From positions 448,001 to 512,000 of the forward strand of contig CAVRZA010000011.1 of assembly GCA_963725665.1 (NCBI GenBank): 64,000 nucleotides of DNA, written 5' to 3'. The position numbers and the translations under genes are program-made. This document shows, piece after piece, positions 1 to 8,684 of this stretch. The notes under the pieces are model-generated. The model searched no databases and was not told the origin of the DNA. It worked only from the letters and a program-made list of their open reading frames with translations. The first letter of the stretch is position 1; every line of letters starts with the position of its first letter. Source of the DNA: an uncultured Actinomycetes bacterium (GTDB taxonomy: Bacteria; Actinomycetota; Thermoleophilia; UBA2241).

Positions 1-1
1 C

Positions 2-1129
2 GCCGTCGCTGAGGACGTCGCCGAAGAGGCTGTGGCGGAAGCCGTGCTGGCGGAGGACGTCGCCGAAGAGGCTGTGGCGGAAGCCGTGCTGGCGGAGGAC
101 GTCGCCGAAGAGGCCGTCGTGGAAGCCGCCGTCGCTGAGGAAGTCGCCGATGAGGCCGTGGCGGAAGCCGTGGTGGCCGACGAGATCGCGGTCGACGAGG
201 GTACCGCCGAGGCTGAGATGGTCGCTGAGGAGGCCGAAGCCGAAGCCGAAGAGGCCGTCGTGGAAGCCGCCGTCGCTGAGGAAGTCGCCCAAGAGGCTGT
301 AGTGGAGGCCGTGGTGGCGGAGGAAGTCGCCGATGAGGCCGTGGCCGAAGCCGTGGTGGCCGACGAGGTCGCCGAGGAGGCCGTCGCCGAGGCCGAGGTC
401 GCCGAGGACGTCGCCGAAGAGACCGTGACCGAGGCGGAGGAGAGCATCGGCGTGGCCGAGGAGGCCGTGTGGGCCGAAGCCGCCGAAGAGGCCGTCGCCG
501 AAGAGGCCGTCACCGAAGAAGCGGTTGCGGAGGAGGCGCTCGCCACAGAGGAAGCGGCTGTGGAGCCGGCGGCCGCGGCAGAGGTCGACGAAGAGGCCGT
601 GTCCGAGACGACTCCGATTGAGGAAGCCATAGCGTTTGGCGCTGCGGGCGCTGCACTGGCCGCTGAGGCGGCGATGGCAGAAGCCCCGGCCGCGGCCGAG
701 CACGCGCCGTGGAGGATCACTGAGCCGGCCGTCGAGGAGACCGTCGCAGAGGCTGAGGAAGCGGCCGAACCCGTCGCCGAAGAGGCCACTGCTTACGAAC
801 CCGCGGTCGAGGAGCCGGTCGCGGAAGAGCCGGTGGCGGAAGAGGCGCCGGCAGCGGTCGCCGAGGCTGAGGAAGTGGCCGAGCCGATTGCCGAGGAGGA
901 GGAGGCGGGCGCAACCACAGGAGGCATCGATCAGGCCGAGATGAGGCGTCGCATCGAGGAGACGCGCGCGCGCCTCAAGGCCAAGGCGTTCGACGCCATG
1001 ATGAGCGGGGAGTCCGCGCTCCTCTCGCGCGACACCGGAGAGAAGCCGGTCCCGCGCGCCGCCGACGTAGATGTCGAGCCCGAGATATCGAGCAGCCTCG
1101 ACGAGTCGCTCTCGCAGGAAGACTACTGA
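2..1129 (+). CDS. Acidic Ala/Glu/Val-rich low-complexity repeat protein (5' end outside the window) with a non-repetitive C-terminal helix
   Basis: Frame is open from base 2. Repeated AEEAVAEAV(L/V)AE(D/E)V units are followed by a unique tail IDQAEMRRRIEETRARLKAKAFDAMMSGESALL and a terminator. Confidence 0.75.
   Translation, partial: AVAEDVAEEAVAEAVLAEDVAEEAVAEAVLAEDVAEEAVVEAAVAEEVADEAVAEAVVADEIAVDEGTAEAEMVAEEAEAEAEEAVVEAAVAEEVAQEAVVEAVVAEEVADEAVAEAVVADEVAEEAVAEAEVAEDVAEETVTEAEESIGVAEEAVWAEAAEEAVAEEAVTEEAVAEEALATEEAAVEPAAAAEVDEEAVSETTPIEEAIAFGAAGAALAAEAAMAEAPAAAEHAPWRITEPAVEETVAEAEEAAEPVAEEATAYEPAVEEPVAEEPVAEEAPAAVAEAEEVAEPIAEEEEAGATTGGIDQAEMRRRIEETRARLKAKAFDAMMSGESALLSRDTGEKPVPRAADVDVEPEISSSLDESLSQEDY
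20..103 (+). repeat. 42-bp (14-codon) tandem repeat, degenerating downstream
   Basis: gccgaagaggctgtggcggaagccgtgctggcggaggacgtc occurs twice in tandem; degenerate copies continue to ~420. Confidence 0.8.
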
Positions 1130-1148
1130 TCTTGATCTCCCCAGCATG

Positions 1149-1195
1149 AGGCGGGCGGGGCGGCCTTGACGGCCGCCCCGCCCGCCTTTGTCTTT
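1149..1195 (+). terminator. Intrinsic terminator between convergent genes
   Basis: Perfect 17-bp stem aggcgggcggggcggcc / ggccgccccgcccgcct with a ttgac loop, followed by ttgtcttt. Confidence 0.85.
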
Positions 1196-1216
1196 GCCGA
1201 GCCCGCCCGACCTTCG

Positions 1217-3004
1217 TCAGCCCTGGCGATCCCCGTTCGACGGCTGCACCGTGACCGTGATGGCCGCGACGCCCTCTTCGAGGCGGTCGACGGGCTCATC
1301 GGGCGGCGGCGGCTCCTCTTGCGGAGGAGCCGCCGCCGCCTCATGAGCGCGCAGCGCCCCGGCCAGCATGAACGCCGCGGCGAGCAGGGCCATCGACGCC
1401 ACTGCCACGGGGACCGGAACGGTCCCGTTCTCGAGCAGGACGAAGAGGTACCACCACGACGAGAGACCGAGGTGGAGCTGTGCCGCGTACACGATGAGCA
1501 CCGCGGCGAACGCGGCGAAGCCGAGGCAGACGGGCAAGAGCGAGCGCTGCCACGCGCCTGGCCGGGCCAGCGGCCACAGGACGGCTGCCGGAAGGAACAG
1601 GATGAGCGAGAAGGGGTTCACGAGGAACGTGACCAGACCGGCGGCGAGGAGTACCAGATGGGCGACCAACACGACGTCCTCGCGTGGGACGGCTGCGCGC
1701 CGCAGGTAGCGGCGGTCCGCCACGAGGGCGTAGCGGTAGGCGATCGCGGCGAGGATGAGAAGGACGACTACGGGCAGGAGGCGCGGGTGCTGGGCGGCCA
1801 TCGATTCTGGCGAGATGGCCGTCGCGTGCCCGCCCGGTAGAAGGCCGAGGAAGTTCGCCGCATAAGCGATGACGAGGAGCGCAAGCCAAGGTGCGTAGCG
1901 GAAGGCGAAGTGCGTCCAGGCCGGTCCCAGTGACGCCCTGCGCCGGCGCGCTTGCGCGAACAAGTCGATCGTCGTGGCCGCGAGCGGAAGCGCCAAGGCG
2001 AGCAGCGTGAGCACGACCAGCCTTCCCGACAGGGTGCGGTAGCGGGAGAAGAAGACCGTGGTGCCGCTCCGCGAGAGGGGCGAGGTCGAGGCGTCGATGC
2101 TGGCGAGCAGCGCTTGGCTGCCTCGCCCGACCCGGGCCAGCGTCTCCGCCGAGAGGGTCGAGACGATGTCGAGTTGCGCCGGCGGCCGGCGGCCGGCGCG
2201 AGTGATCGAGATCGCCGGCGCGCCGGCCTCGACGAACGGTGCCTGGCTGCCGGATCCCACGGGGGCCGCCAGGCGCAGCACTTGCACGAGCGCGTGGGGC
2301 AGGGGCGCCGCGAGACCGCTGGCGCTGCTCTGTGACGACGAGGTGAGGATCCATGTCCACGGCGGCGCCACGCGCGGCGAGGCGCTCCATCCGTCGAGCG
2401 AGACTTTGGTCAGATCGGCGCGACCGACGCGGCGCAGCGCCAGGGCTCCGATGATGGGGAGGCCGGTGTGACGGGCGACGAACGACTTGGCCCCGAGGTT
2501 GCCGTAGGCGTCGCCGTCGGTCCAGAGGAAGAGCAGCTCGTGGGCGTGCGTGGTCAGCGTAAAGACACGGGCCAGCTCGAGCACCGTGGCCACGCCGGAG
2601 GCGTTGTCGTCGGCTCCCTGGCTGTCCAGCGGCGGTGAGTCGCGGTTGGCCAGCACGACGATGTCCCCGCGTGTCTTGCCCGGTGAGGTCGCCCAGACGT
2701 TCTGCAGCGCCACGCTGCGTCCGTCGATGACCCCGGTGAAGGTGTTGATGTGCGGTTGCAGGCCGAGCTGCTTCAAGTGCTCGACGAGCCAGATGGCGGA
2801 GCGCGCGTCGGCGTCGGAGCCGGGCGTGCGGCCAGGAAACTGCTGCGCCAGCGTCTGCGCGTCGACGAGGGCGCGCTCGCCGTCGAACGAGGTGGGCTGA
2901 TCGGAGAGACTGGGCACGACGGGCGAGTGCAGAAAGAGGAGCGTGAGCAGTGCGACGACCGCCGGCACGATCCAAGCGCTCCTGTAGATCCTCAGGTTCG
3001 GCAC
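1217..3004 (-). CDS. M28-family peptidase domain protein with multi-pass C-terminal membrane region
   Basis: GADDNASGVATVLELAR motif, N-terminal TM anchor and many C-terminal hydrophobic helices. Some Zn ligands look degenerate (ANRDS, TDGDA). Confidence 0.75.
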   Translation of the reverse strand: MPNLRIYRSAWIVPAVVALLTLLFLHSPVVPSLSDQPTSFDGERALVDAQTLAQQFPGRTPGSDADARSAIWLVEHLKQLGLQPHINTFTGVIDGRSVALQNVWATSPGKTRGDIVVLANRDSPPLDSQGADDNASGVATVLELARVFTLTTHAHELLFLWTDGDAYGNLGAKSFVARHTGLPIIGALALRRVGRADLTKVSLDGWSASPRVAPPWTWILTSSSQSSASGLAAPLPHALVQVLRLAAPVGSGSQAPFVEAGAPAISITRAGRRPPAQLDIVSTLSAETLARVGRGSQALLASIDASTSPLSRSGTTVFFSRYRTLSGRLVVLTLLALALPLAATTIDLFAQARRRRASLGPAWTHFAFRYAPWLALLVIAYAANFLGLLPGGHATAISPESMAAQHPRLLPVVVLLILAAIAYRYALVADRRYLRRAAVPREDVVLVAHLVLLAAGLVTFLVNPFSLILFLPAAVLWPLARPGAWQRSLLPVCLGFAAFAAVLIVYAAQLHLGLSSWWYLFVLLENGTVPVPVAVASMALLAAAFMLAGALRAHEAAAAPPQEEPPPPDEPVDRLEEGVAAITVTVQPSNGDRQG

Positions 3005-3206
3005 GGCCCCCCTTCCTACTCAAACCCCACAGCGAGAGTCCCGAGCCTTGGCGCCGGAAGCAGGCGCGTTGCATCCTACCAGAAGCGGCCGCATCGACGG
3101 CACCTCGGGGCGCCGGGCGATCGTCCTGAGCGCCGCACGAGGTCGCCCCGGCACTGTTGCCCGGGTGCGCGTGCGTTTCGCGACGAAGGCCATCGTCTAT
3201 CATGGG

Positions 3207-3902
3207 ATGGAGATGACCACACGTGTTCTGCTCGTCGAAGACGAGGCCCGCATCGCCGAGGTCGTGCAGCAGTACCTCGAGCGCGAGGGCTACATGGTGG
3301 TGTGGCGGGCGACGGGCGAGGAGGCGTTGGCCGACCTCGCCCGTCGCCCGCCCGACGCCGTCATCCTCGACCTCGGTCTGCCCGGCATCCCCGGGGAGGA
3401 GGTGTGCCGCAGGGTGCGCGAGAGCTCGGACGTCCCCATCCTCATGCTGACGGCGCGCGACGCCGAAGAGGACCTCGTCGCCGGGCTGGCCCTGGGCGCC
3501 GACGACTACCTGACGAAGCCCTTCAGCCCGCGCGAACTCGTGGCGCGTCTGCGGGCGCTGCTGCGCCGCGCGCAGGGCGCGGCCGCGCCGCAGGCCGACG
3601 TGCTCGAGCGCGCCGGCGGACGTCTCGTGATCGACGCCCCCCGCCGGCGCGTGACCCTCGACGACCGCGTCGTGACGCTGACGGAGTCGGAGTACCTCCT
3701 GCTGACGACGCTGGCACGCTTCCCCGGCCGCGTGTACACGCGCTTCGAGCTCATCGACAAGGTGCGCGGCTACGACTTCGAGGGCTACGAGCGCACGATC
3801 GACGCGCACGTGAAGAACCTGCGCAAGAAGCTCGGCGACGATCCCCGCGCTCCCCGGCTGATCGAGACCGTGTTCGGGCGCGGCTACCGTTTTGCGGAGT
3901 GA
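3207..3902 (+). CDS. OmpR/PhoB-family response regulator
   Basis: RVLLVEDE, ILDLGLP, LTA, GADDYLTKPF and winged-helix RTIDAHVKNLRKKL...IETVFGRGYRF. Start at ATG 3207 or 3213. Confidence 0.92.
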   Translation: MEMTTRVLLVEDEARIAEVVQQYLEREGYMVVWRATGEEALADLARRPPDAVILDLGLPGIPGEEVCRRVRESSDVPILMLTARDAEEDLVAGLALGADDYLTKPFSPRELVARLRALLRRAQGAAAPQADVLERAGGRLVIDAPRRRVTLDDRVVTLTESEYLLLTTLARFPGRVYTRFELIDKVRGYDFEGYERTIDAHVKNLRKKLGDDPRAPRLIETVFGRGYRFAE

Positions 3903-3926
3903 GGACCAGGCGGCCGTGAGCGTCTA

Positions 3927-5456
3927 TTGGGGACCGTTGTGAGATCGAGCCTCCGCTCCCGTCTCGCCCTGACGCATGCCGCGGTCGCGCTGGTGGCCAT
4001 CGTCGTCGTCGGCGTCACCGTCAACTTGGCCGTCTCACGCCGCTTCGACCAGTACGTGGCCGCGCAACAACGGTTGCGCGACCAAGCCGTGATCGAGCAG
4101 CTCGCGCAGACGTACGTGCCGGGGACGGGCTGGGACTCCCAGGCGATCTTCTCGGCCCAGCACCTGGCTGTGATGAACGACTTGGGCCTGCGCGTGTACG
4201 ACCCGTCGGGCAAGCTCCTGTTCGCCGTCGGCAGCGGCAACGGCATGATGGGCCAAGGGAGCCAGGGCGGCATGATGGGCCAGGGCGGCATGATGGGCCA
4301 GGGATCGAGTGCCCAGAGCGGGGCCGTAAGCGTCTACCGTCATCCGGTGGTGGTCAACGGGGCGACCGTGGCGCAGACCGAGGTCGTCCATCCTACCGGT
4401 GGCGTCGTGCCCCAGGATGCTGCCTACCGTCGCTCGCTCAACCTGTATCTCATCATCGCCGCTCTGATCGCGGGAGGCCTGGCGCTGGCGGTCAGCGTCC
4501 TCGTTTCGCGGCGAATCGCGCGCCCGGTGCTCGCTCTGACCGGCGCGGCTGCACAGCTCGAACGCGGCGACCTCGGCGTGCGCGTCCCGGCCGAGGGCGG
4601 CGACGAGGTCGCCGGTCTGGCTCACGCGTTCAACAGCATGGCGCAGGCGCTCTCGCGGCAGGAGGAGTGGCGGCGCACCATGACCGCCGACCTGGCTCAC
4701 GAGTTGCGCACGCCGCTGGCCACCATCCAGGCGAGGATCGAGGCGCTCGAGGACGGCGTGCTGCCGGCCACGCCCGAGAACCTCCGCGTGATCGGCGAGG
4801 AGGTCGAGCGGCTCGCGCGCCTGCTGGGCGAGCTCCGCAGCCTCAACGAAGTCGAGGCGGAGGGGTTCGTGCTGCGACGCGAGCCGCTCGACCTCGCCGA
4901 GGTAGCGCGCGACGCTGCGACGTCGGCCGACCCGGGCTTCGCGCGCAAGGGCGTGGAGCTGCGGGTCGCGGCGCAAGCGGTCGCGGTCGACGCCGACCGC
5001 GACCGCCTGCGCCAGGTGGTCGCCAACCTGCTCGACAACGCCCTGAAGTTCACGCCTGCGGGAGGCCACGTCGACCTGAGCGTCACGCCGGAGACTCCGC
5101 CGTCGCAGGGCCGGTCGGCGGTCGCGGGGGGCACGGTCGAACGGCGTGGCGACGGCGTCGCTGGGGGATACGCACTCCTCAGAGTGAGCGACGACGGTCC
5201 GGGCGTCGCGGCCGGCGATCTTCCGTACGTGTTCGAGCGCTTCTATCGTGCCGACGCGGCCAAGGGCACGCGCGGCGCCGGTCTCGGCCTCGCCATAGTC
5301 AAGCGGCTCGTCGACGCTCACGGCGGCACGGTCGAGGCCGCCGCCGGCGCCGCCGGCGGGGCCCTGTTCATCGTTCGCCTGCCGCTGCTCGCCGCGGCGG
5401 CGCCCGAACGGCTTGCCTCAGCGGTGGTGGGCTCCGAGGAGAGGACGGCAGGATGA
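3927..5456 (+). CDS. HAMP-domain sensor histidine kinase (BaeS-like)
   Basis: Two TM helices, HAMP, H-box AHELRTPL, N-box NLLDNALKF, G boxes DDGPG and GAGLGL. The exact start is uncertain. Confidence 0.92.
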   Translation: MGTVVRSSLRSRLALTHAAVALVAIVVVGVTVNLAVSRRFDQYVAAQQRLRDQAVIEQLAQTYVPGTGWDSQAIFSAQHLAVMNDLGLRVYDPSGKLLFAVGSGNGMMGQGSQGGMMGQGGMMGQGSSAQSGAVSVYRHPVVVNGATVAQTEVVHPTGGVVPQDAAYRRSLNLYLIIAALIAGGLALAVSVLVSRRIARPVLALTGAAAQLERGDLGVRVPAEGGDEVAGLAHAFNSMAQALSRQEEWRRTMTADLAHELRTPLATIQARIEALEDGVLPATPENLRVIGEEVERLARLLGELRSLNEVEAEGFVLRREPLDLAEVARDAATSADPGFARKGVELRVAAQAVAVDADRDRLRQVVANLLDNALKFTPAGGHVDLSVTPETPPSQGRSAVAGGTVERRGDGVAGGYALLRVSDDGPGVAAGDLPYVFERFYRADAAKGTRGAGLGLAIVKRLVDAHGGTVEAAAGAAGGALFIVRLPLLAAAAPERLASAVVGSEERTAG

Positions 5457-6418
5457 ACGACGCTCCGACGTGGACCGGCGTGCTGCACGCCGGCATCCAC
5501 GGCTTCTTGCGCTCCCCGGTCGTTCGTCCCGACACGGGCGAGCTTGCGGCCGCGAAGGCCACCCATGCCGTCTACGGCATCCCCTTCGACAGCACCACCC
5601 TCTACCGGACGGGGTCGATGCACGGGCCCAAGGCGGTGCGCGACGCCTCGGCGCAGTTCGTCTCCTACCACTACGACTACGACCTCGACCTGGCGGAGCA
5701 CATCCGGCTGGTCGATTGCGGCGACGCCGCCGCCGTGCCGGGCAACGCGGCGCGCACTCTCGCCCTCGCGCAGGTTGACCTCGAACAGATCCACGCGGCG
5801 GGCGCGATGCCGATCGTCCTCGGCGGCGAGCACACGGTGACCATCGCGGCCACGCGCGCCTTGGCGGCTCAGCGCCGCGGCGCGCTGGGTCTGGTCGTCT
5901 TCGACACGCACCTCGACACGGCCACCGACATCGGCGGCGAGGAGCTCACCTACTGCGCTCCCGTGTCGCGGACGCTCGACCTCGACGCCTTCGCGCCGGG
6001 CAACGCCACCATAGTCGGCGTGCACGGGCCGGCCAACCCGCGCGAGGAGCGCCGCTGGGCCGATGAGCACGGCGTGCGCGTGTTCTCCATCGCCGAGATC
6101 GAACGACGCGGCATCGTGGATGTCACGCGGGAGGCCATGGCGATCGCCTGGAAGGGCACGGGCGGCGTCTACGTCTCGATCGACATCGACTGCCTCGACG
6201 CCGCCTACAACCCCGGCGGTGCTCCGGAGCCGGGCGGGCTCACCAGCCGCGAGCTGTTCGCCGCCTTGCGCGAGGTGGCCGCCGCCGGCTACAGCGCCTT
6301 CGACGTCGTCGAGGTGGCGCCCCAGTACGACCCCGCCGGGATCACGGCGACCACGGCCTGCCGAGTGATCCTCGACCTGCTCGCCGCGGCGGTCGCAGGC
6401 CGCGCCGGCTCACTCTGA
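5453..6418 (+). CDS. Ureohydrolase (agmatinase/guanidino-hydrolase family)
   Basis: GIPFD, GPxAVR, GGEHT, DTHLD, SIDIDCLD, PEPGG and DVVEVAP motifs. ATGA overlap with the kinase stop. Confidence 0.88.
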   Translation: MNDAPTWTGVLHAGIHGFLRSPVVRPDTGELAAAKATHAVYGIPFDSTTLYRTGSMHGPKAVRDASAQFVSYHYDYDLDLAEHIRLVDCGDAAAVPGNAARTLALAQVDLEQIHAAGAMPIVLGGEHTVTIAATRALAAQRRGALGLVVFDTHLDTATDIGGEELTYCAPVSRTLDLDAFAPGNATIVGVHGPANPREERRWADEHGVRVFSIAEIERRGIVDVTREAMAIAWKGTGGVYVSIDIDCLDAAYNPGGAPEPGGLTSRELFAALREVAAAGYSAFDVVEVAPQYDPAGITATTACRVILDLLAAAVAGRAGSL

Positions 6419-6448
6419 TCGGCGGGTACAGCCGAGCACCTGGATGTG

Positions 6449-6466
6449 GTAGCATCAATATGCTAC
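6449..6466 (+). promoter_or_regulatory. Palindromic operator overlapping a -10-like hexamer of the toxin-antitoxin operon
   Basis: GTAGCAT-caat-ATGCTAC inverted repeat containing TAGCAT, just upstream of the GGAGG RBS (6481) of the antitoxin. Confidence 0.6.
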
Positions 6467-6489
6467 AGCCCTGCTTCACGGGAGGAACC

Positions 6490-6717
6490 ATGACTCGCGA
6501 ACTGAAGCTCCGCCAGGCCGGAGGCTCGATCAGCGCGACGCTACCCAAGGACATGGCCGAGCGGCTCCACCTCTCAGCCGGCGACACGGTGCTGGCTGTG
6601 GAGACCGAGCGCGGCATCCTGCTGACGCCCTACGACCCTGAGGTCGAGGAGGCGCTGGCCATCGCCAGCAGGGTCGCGGGCGCATACCGCAACGCCCTGC
6701 GCGAGCTTGCCAAGTAG
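6490..6717 (+). CDS. AbrB/MazE/SpoVT-family antitoxin (partner of Doc)
   Basis: KLRQAGGSISATLPKDMAERLHLSAGD AbrB fold and C-terminal YRNALRELAK typical of Doc-associated antidotes. GGAGG RBS. Confidence 0.88.
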   Translation: MTRELKLRQAGGSISATLPKDMAERLHLSAGDTVLAVETERGILLTPYDPEVEEALAIASRVAGAYRNALRELAK

Positions 6718-6777
6718 CCGGTGTCGGAGCAGACGATTCAATCTTGACCCCTTTGTGACGATTCAAAGTTGACCCCC

Positions 6778-7548
6778 CTACGTCGCCGGCGTCGTGACGA
6801 TGCCGGCCTTCTTCCTGTCCTTCAGGCGGTAGCTCTCGCCCTTGATGGTGATCGTGGTCGAGTGATGCAGCAGGCGATCGAGGATCGCGGTGGCGATCAC
6901 CGCGTCGCCGGAGAACACCTCGGCCCATTCGCCGTAGCTCTTGTTGGAGGTGAGGACGATGGAGCCGCGCTCGTAGCGGCGGCAGACGACCTCGAAGAAG
7001 AGCGCCGCCTGCTCGGCGTCCAGGGGCAAGAAGCCGACCTCGTCGACGATCAGCAGGCGCGGGTAGGTGAAGGCGGCCAGACGGCGCGTGAAGGTGCCCG
7101 CGCTGCGTGCCTCGGCCAGCGAGGCGACAGCTTGGCCGCCGTCGTGAACTTGACGGCGTAGCGGCGCTTGGCGGCCTCCAGGCCCAGGGCGATGGCGATG
7201 TGGCTCTTGCCCACGCCCGGCGGGCCCGAGGAGCACCACGTTCTGGGCGCGCTCGACGAAGGCGCAGCTCGCGAGCTCGGTCACCTGCTTGCGGTTGATC
7301 GAGGGCTGGAAGGCGAAGTCGAAGCCCTCGAGGGTCTTCTTGGCGGGGAAGCCCGCCAGACGCACGATGGTCTCTGCAGCGCGCCGGTCGGCGGCCCCGG
7401 CGCAGGCTGCCAGCAGCGCCTCGGTGAAGTCGGCGAACGACCACTCCTTGGCGGCCGCCTCCTCGGCGAAGGCGGGCAGGAGCGCCGGCAGGTCGGGCAG
7501 CTTCAGGCGCTCGGCGAGGTGGCAGATCCTCTCCTCGGCGAGGCTCAT
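6778..7548 (-). CDS. istB: IS21-family helper ATPase IstB (two compensating indels around Walker A)
   Basis: AGFPAKKTLEGFDF, Walker B LLIVDEVGFLP, SIVLTSNK, AILDRLLHH, GESYRLK. Walker A GVGKSH is read in a neighbouring frame (~7130-7220). Confidence 0.9.
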   Translation of the reverse strand: MSLAEERICHLAERLKLPDLPALLPAFAEEAAAKEWSFADFTEALLAACAGAADRRAAETIVRLAGFPAKKTLEGFDFAFQPSINRKQVTELASCAFVERAQNVVLLGPAGRGQEPHRHRPGPGGRQAPLRRQVHDGGQAVASLAEARSAGTFTRRLAAFTYPRLLIVDEVGFLPLDAEQAALFFEVVCRRYERGSIVLTSNKSYGEWAEVFSGDAVIATAILDRLLHHSTTITIKGESYRLKDRKKAGIVTTPAT

Positions 7549-7618
7549 CGGCAGGCCTCCTCGTAGACCGAGAGCGGCCGCTTGACGACGAGCGGCGCCT
7601 GCTCGAAGAGCGCGGGAG
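7545..7618 (-). pseudogene. istA: C-terminal remnant of IstA transposase
   Basis: ...PLVVKRPLSVYEEACR* resembles the IstA C-terminal VxxRxLxxY motif. Its stop overlaps the istB ATG (ATGA). Confidence 0.7.
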
Positions 7619-7619
7619 G

Positions 7620-8021
7620 GAGCCACGCTGGGTCGACCGCCTCGTCGTCGAGGCGGTGCAGTTCGACCTGATCCGCGAACACGGCGGCATGCCCGGGTTG
7701 GGCGACGAAAACGGCCTCGAGGCGGCTCTGGCACGGCCCCGGCAACGACGCGCCTACGAGCCTGAGGCCGATCTCGCTGAGCTGACCGCCGTGTACGGTC
7801 ACGGGTTGGCGGCAAGCCACCCGTTCCACGACGGAAACAAACGCATCGCGTTCGTGACCATGGCGGTCTTCCTTGGGTTGAACGGCTTCGAGGTCGCGGC
7901 GCCGGAGGCCGAGGTGGTCACGGTGATGCTGGCCCTGGCCGCCGGGGAGCTCGATGAGGATGGGCTTGCTGTCTGGCTCAGGTCGCGGATGATTGACGCG
8001 GCTGGTGGGGAGTCCGGCTAA
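7620..8021 (+). pseudogene. doc: Doc (death-on-curing, Fic-fold) toxin cut off from its start codon by the IS21 remnant
   Basis: EPRWVDRLVVEAVQFDLIREHGG N-terminus and HPFHDGNKR Fic/Doc motif. No start codon at 7620; an internal GTG lies at 7656. Confidence 0.8.
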
Positions 8022-8101
8022 CGACGGGGCTTTGAGCAGCGAGCGCTCACACCCGGTCTTGCTCAGGGCTTCTGCGAGTCTGCTCGAGCGCCTTGTCAGG
8101 C
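8016..8101 (-). other. attC recombination site (degenerate)
   Basis: Minus strand GCCTGAC-AAGGC-GCTCGAGCAGAC...GCTGCTCAAAGC-CCCGTC-GTTAGCC: R''/R' boxes with an imperfect palindrome, 86 bp. Confidence 0.7.
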
Positions 8102-8590
8102 GCGTCCAGAGCAGACTCTTGCGGCGACCAGACCATGCTGCAGTAGGCGAAGGGATCGCCGGATGGCGGCACCTTCGTGCCTGTGCCGGTGATCACGAAG
8201 CCCAGACTCCGATGAGCACCCCAGGGCGCGCACATTGGATTGACGCACGTTCAGGCAAATGGAGTCGCCAGGAAACGCCTGGTGGAACTGAGCGATGCCG
8301 AGTCGAATCGCCGCACTGCCGATGCCGTGCCCGAAATCGGAAGCGCTGGCGAGGAACACGCCGAGCACAGCTCTACCTTCCCCCGAGAGACGTTCAATCC
8401 AGACGGTCCCGACCTCGCGACCATCCTCGATCACGAGGAACCAGAAGAGACCAGAGCTAGGATCGTGGTGATCGGCAAGGTCGGCGATGGGACGCGTCCG
8501 GGACATGAACTCACTGCTGCCGATATCCGAGGCCCAGCGATCAATCGTCGCGAGGTCCTCAGGTGAAACCGGCTGAAGCGAGATGGACAT
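8047..8590 (-). CDS. GNAT-family N-acetyltransferase cassette gene (one extra base near 8215)
   Basis: FGHGIGSAAI acetyl-CoA motif and NVRQSNVRALGC. Removing one base restores YRSLGF, and the frame then runs into the attC (PDKALEQT). Confidence 0.75.
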
Positions 8591-8600
8591 CCTTGGAAAC

Positions 8601-8663
8601 CGCCAACGCCTGGCGCATGACCAGCGCCGCAAAGCGGCGTCTGGGTTCTTGCGCTTGTTGGGC
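8601..8663 (-). other. attC recombination site
   Basis: Minus strand GCCCAAC-AAGCG-CAAGAACCCAGACGCCGC-TTT-GCGGCGCTGGTCATGC-GCCAGGC-GTTGGCG, 63 bp, extrahelical A in CAG[A]C. Confidence 0.8.
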
Positions 8664-8684
8664 GGCTGCGCCGCGGCTTGCACG

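Larger units (their letters stand above)
6722..7618 (-). mobile_element. Truncated IS21-family element (one end, istB and the last codons of istA)
   Basis: End TGTC... carries two ~20-bp repeats, gacgattcaatcttgacccc (6732-6751) and gacgattcaaagttgacccc (6757-6776). Full istB and an istA tail follow; the other end and the DDE domain are absent. Confidence 0.85.

Noticed and set aside
1341-3809. 822-aa minus-strand ORF and many similar long ORFs (e.g. 9742-11475, 12384-13934, 52754-54760, 60042-61715)
   Set aside because: Shadow frames of well-supported genes in high-GC DNA; Arg/Pro/Gly-rich or antisense-typical, with no motifs.
6419-6448. A fourth attC closing the toxin-antitoxin cassette
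   Set aside because: No GGCTAAC-like R'' box or attC palindrome can be read here.
6732-6776. Two 20-bp direct repeats as a mini CRISPR
   Set aside because: Only a 5-bp spacer and no cas genes; they match the multiple transposase-binding repeats of an IS21 end.
7130-7220. Programmed frameshifting in istB
   Set aside because: Two compensating indels with no slippery sequence, consistent with the window-wide indel noise.
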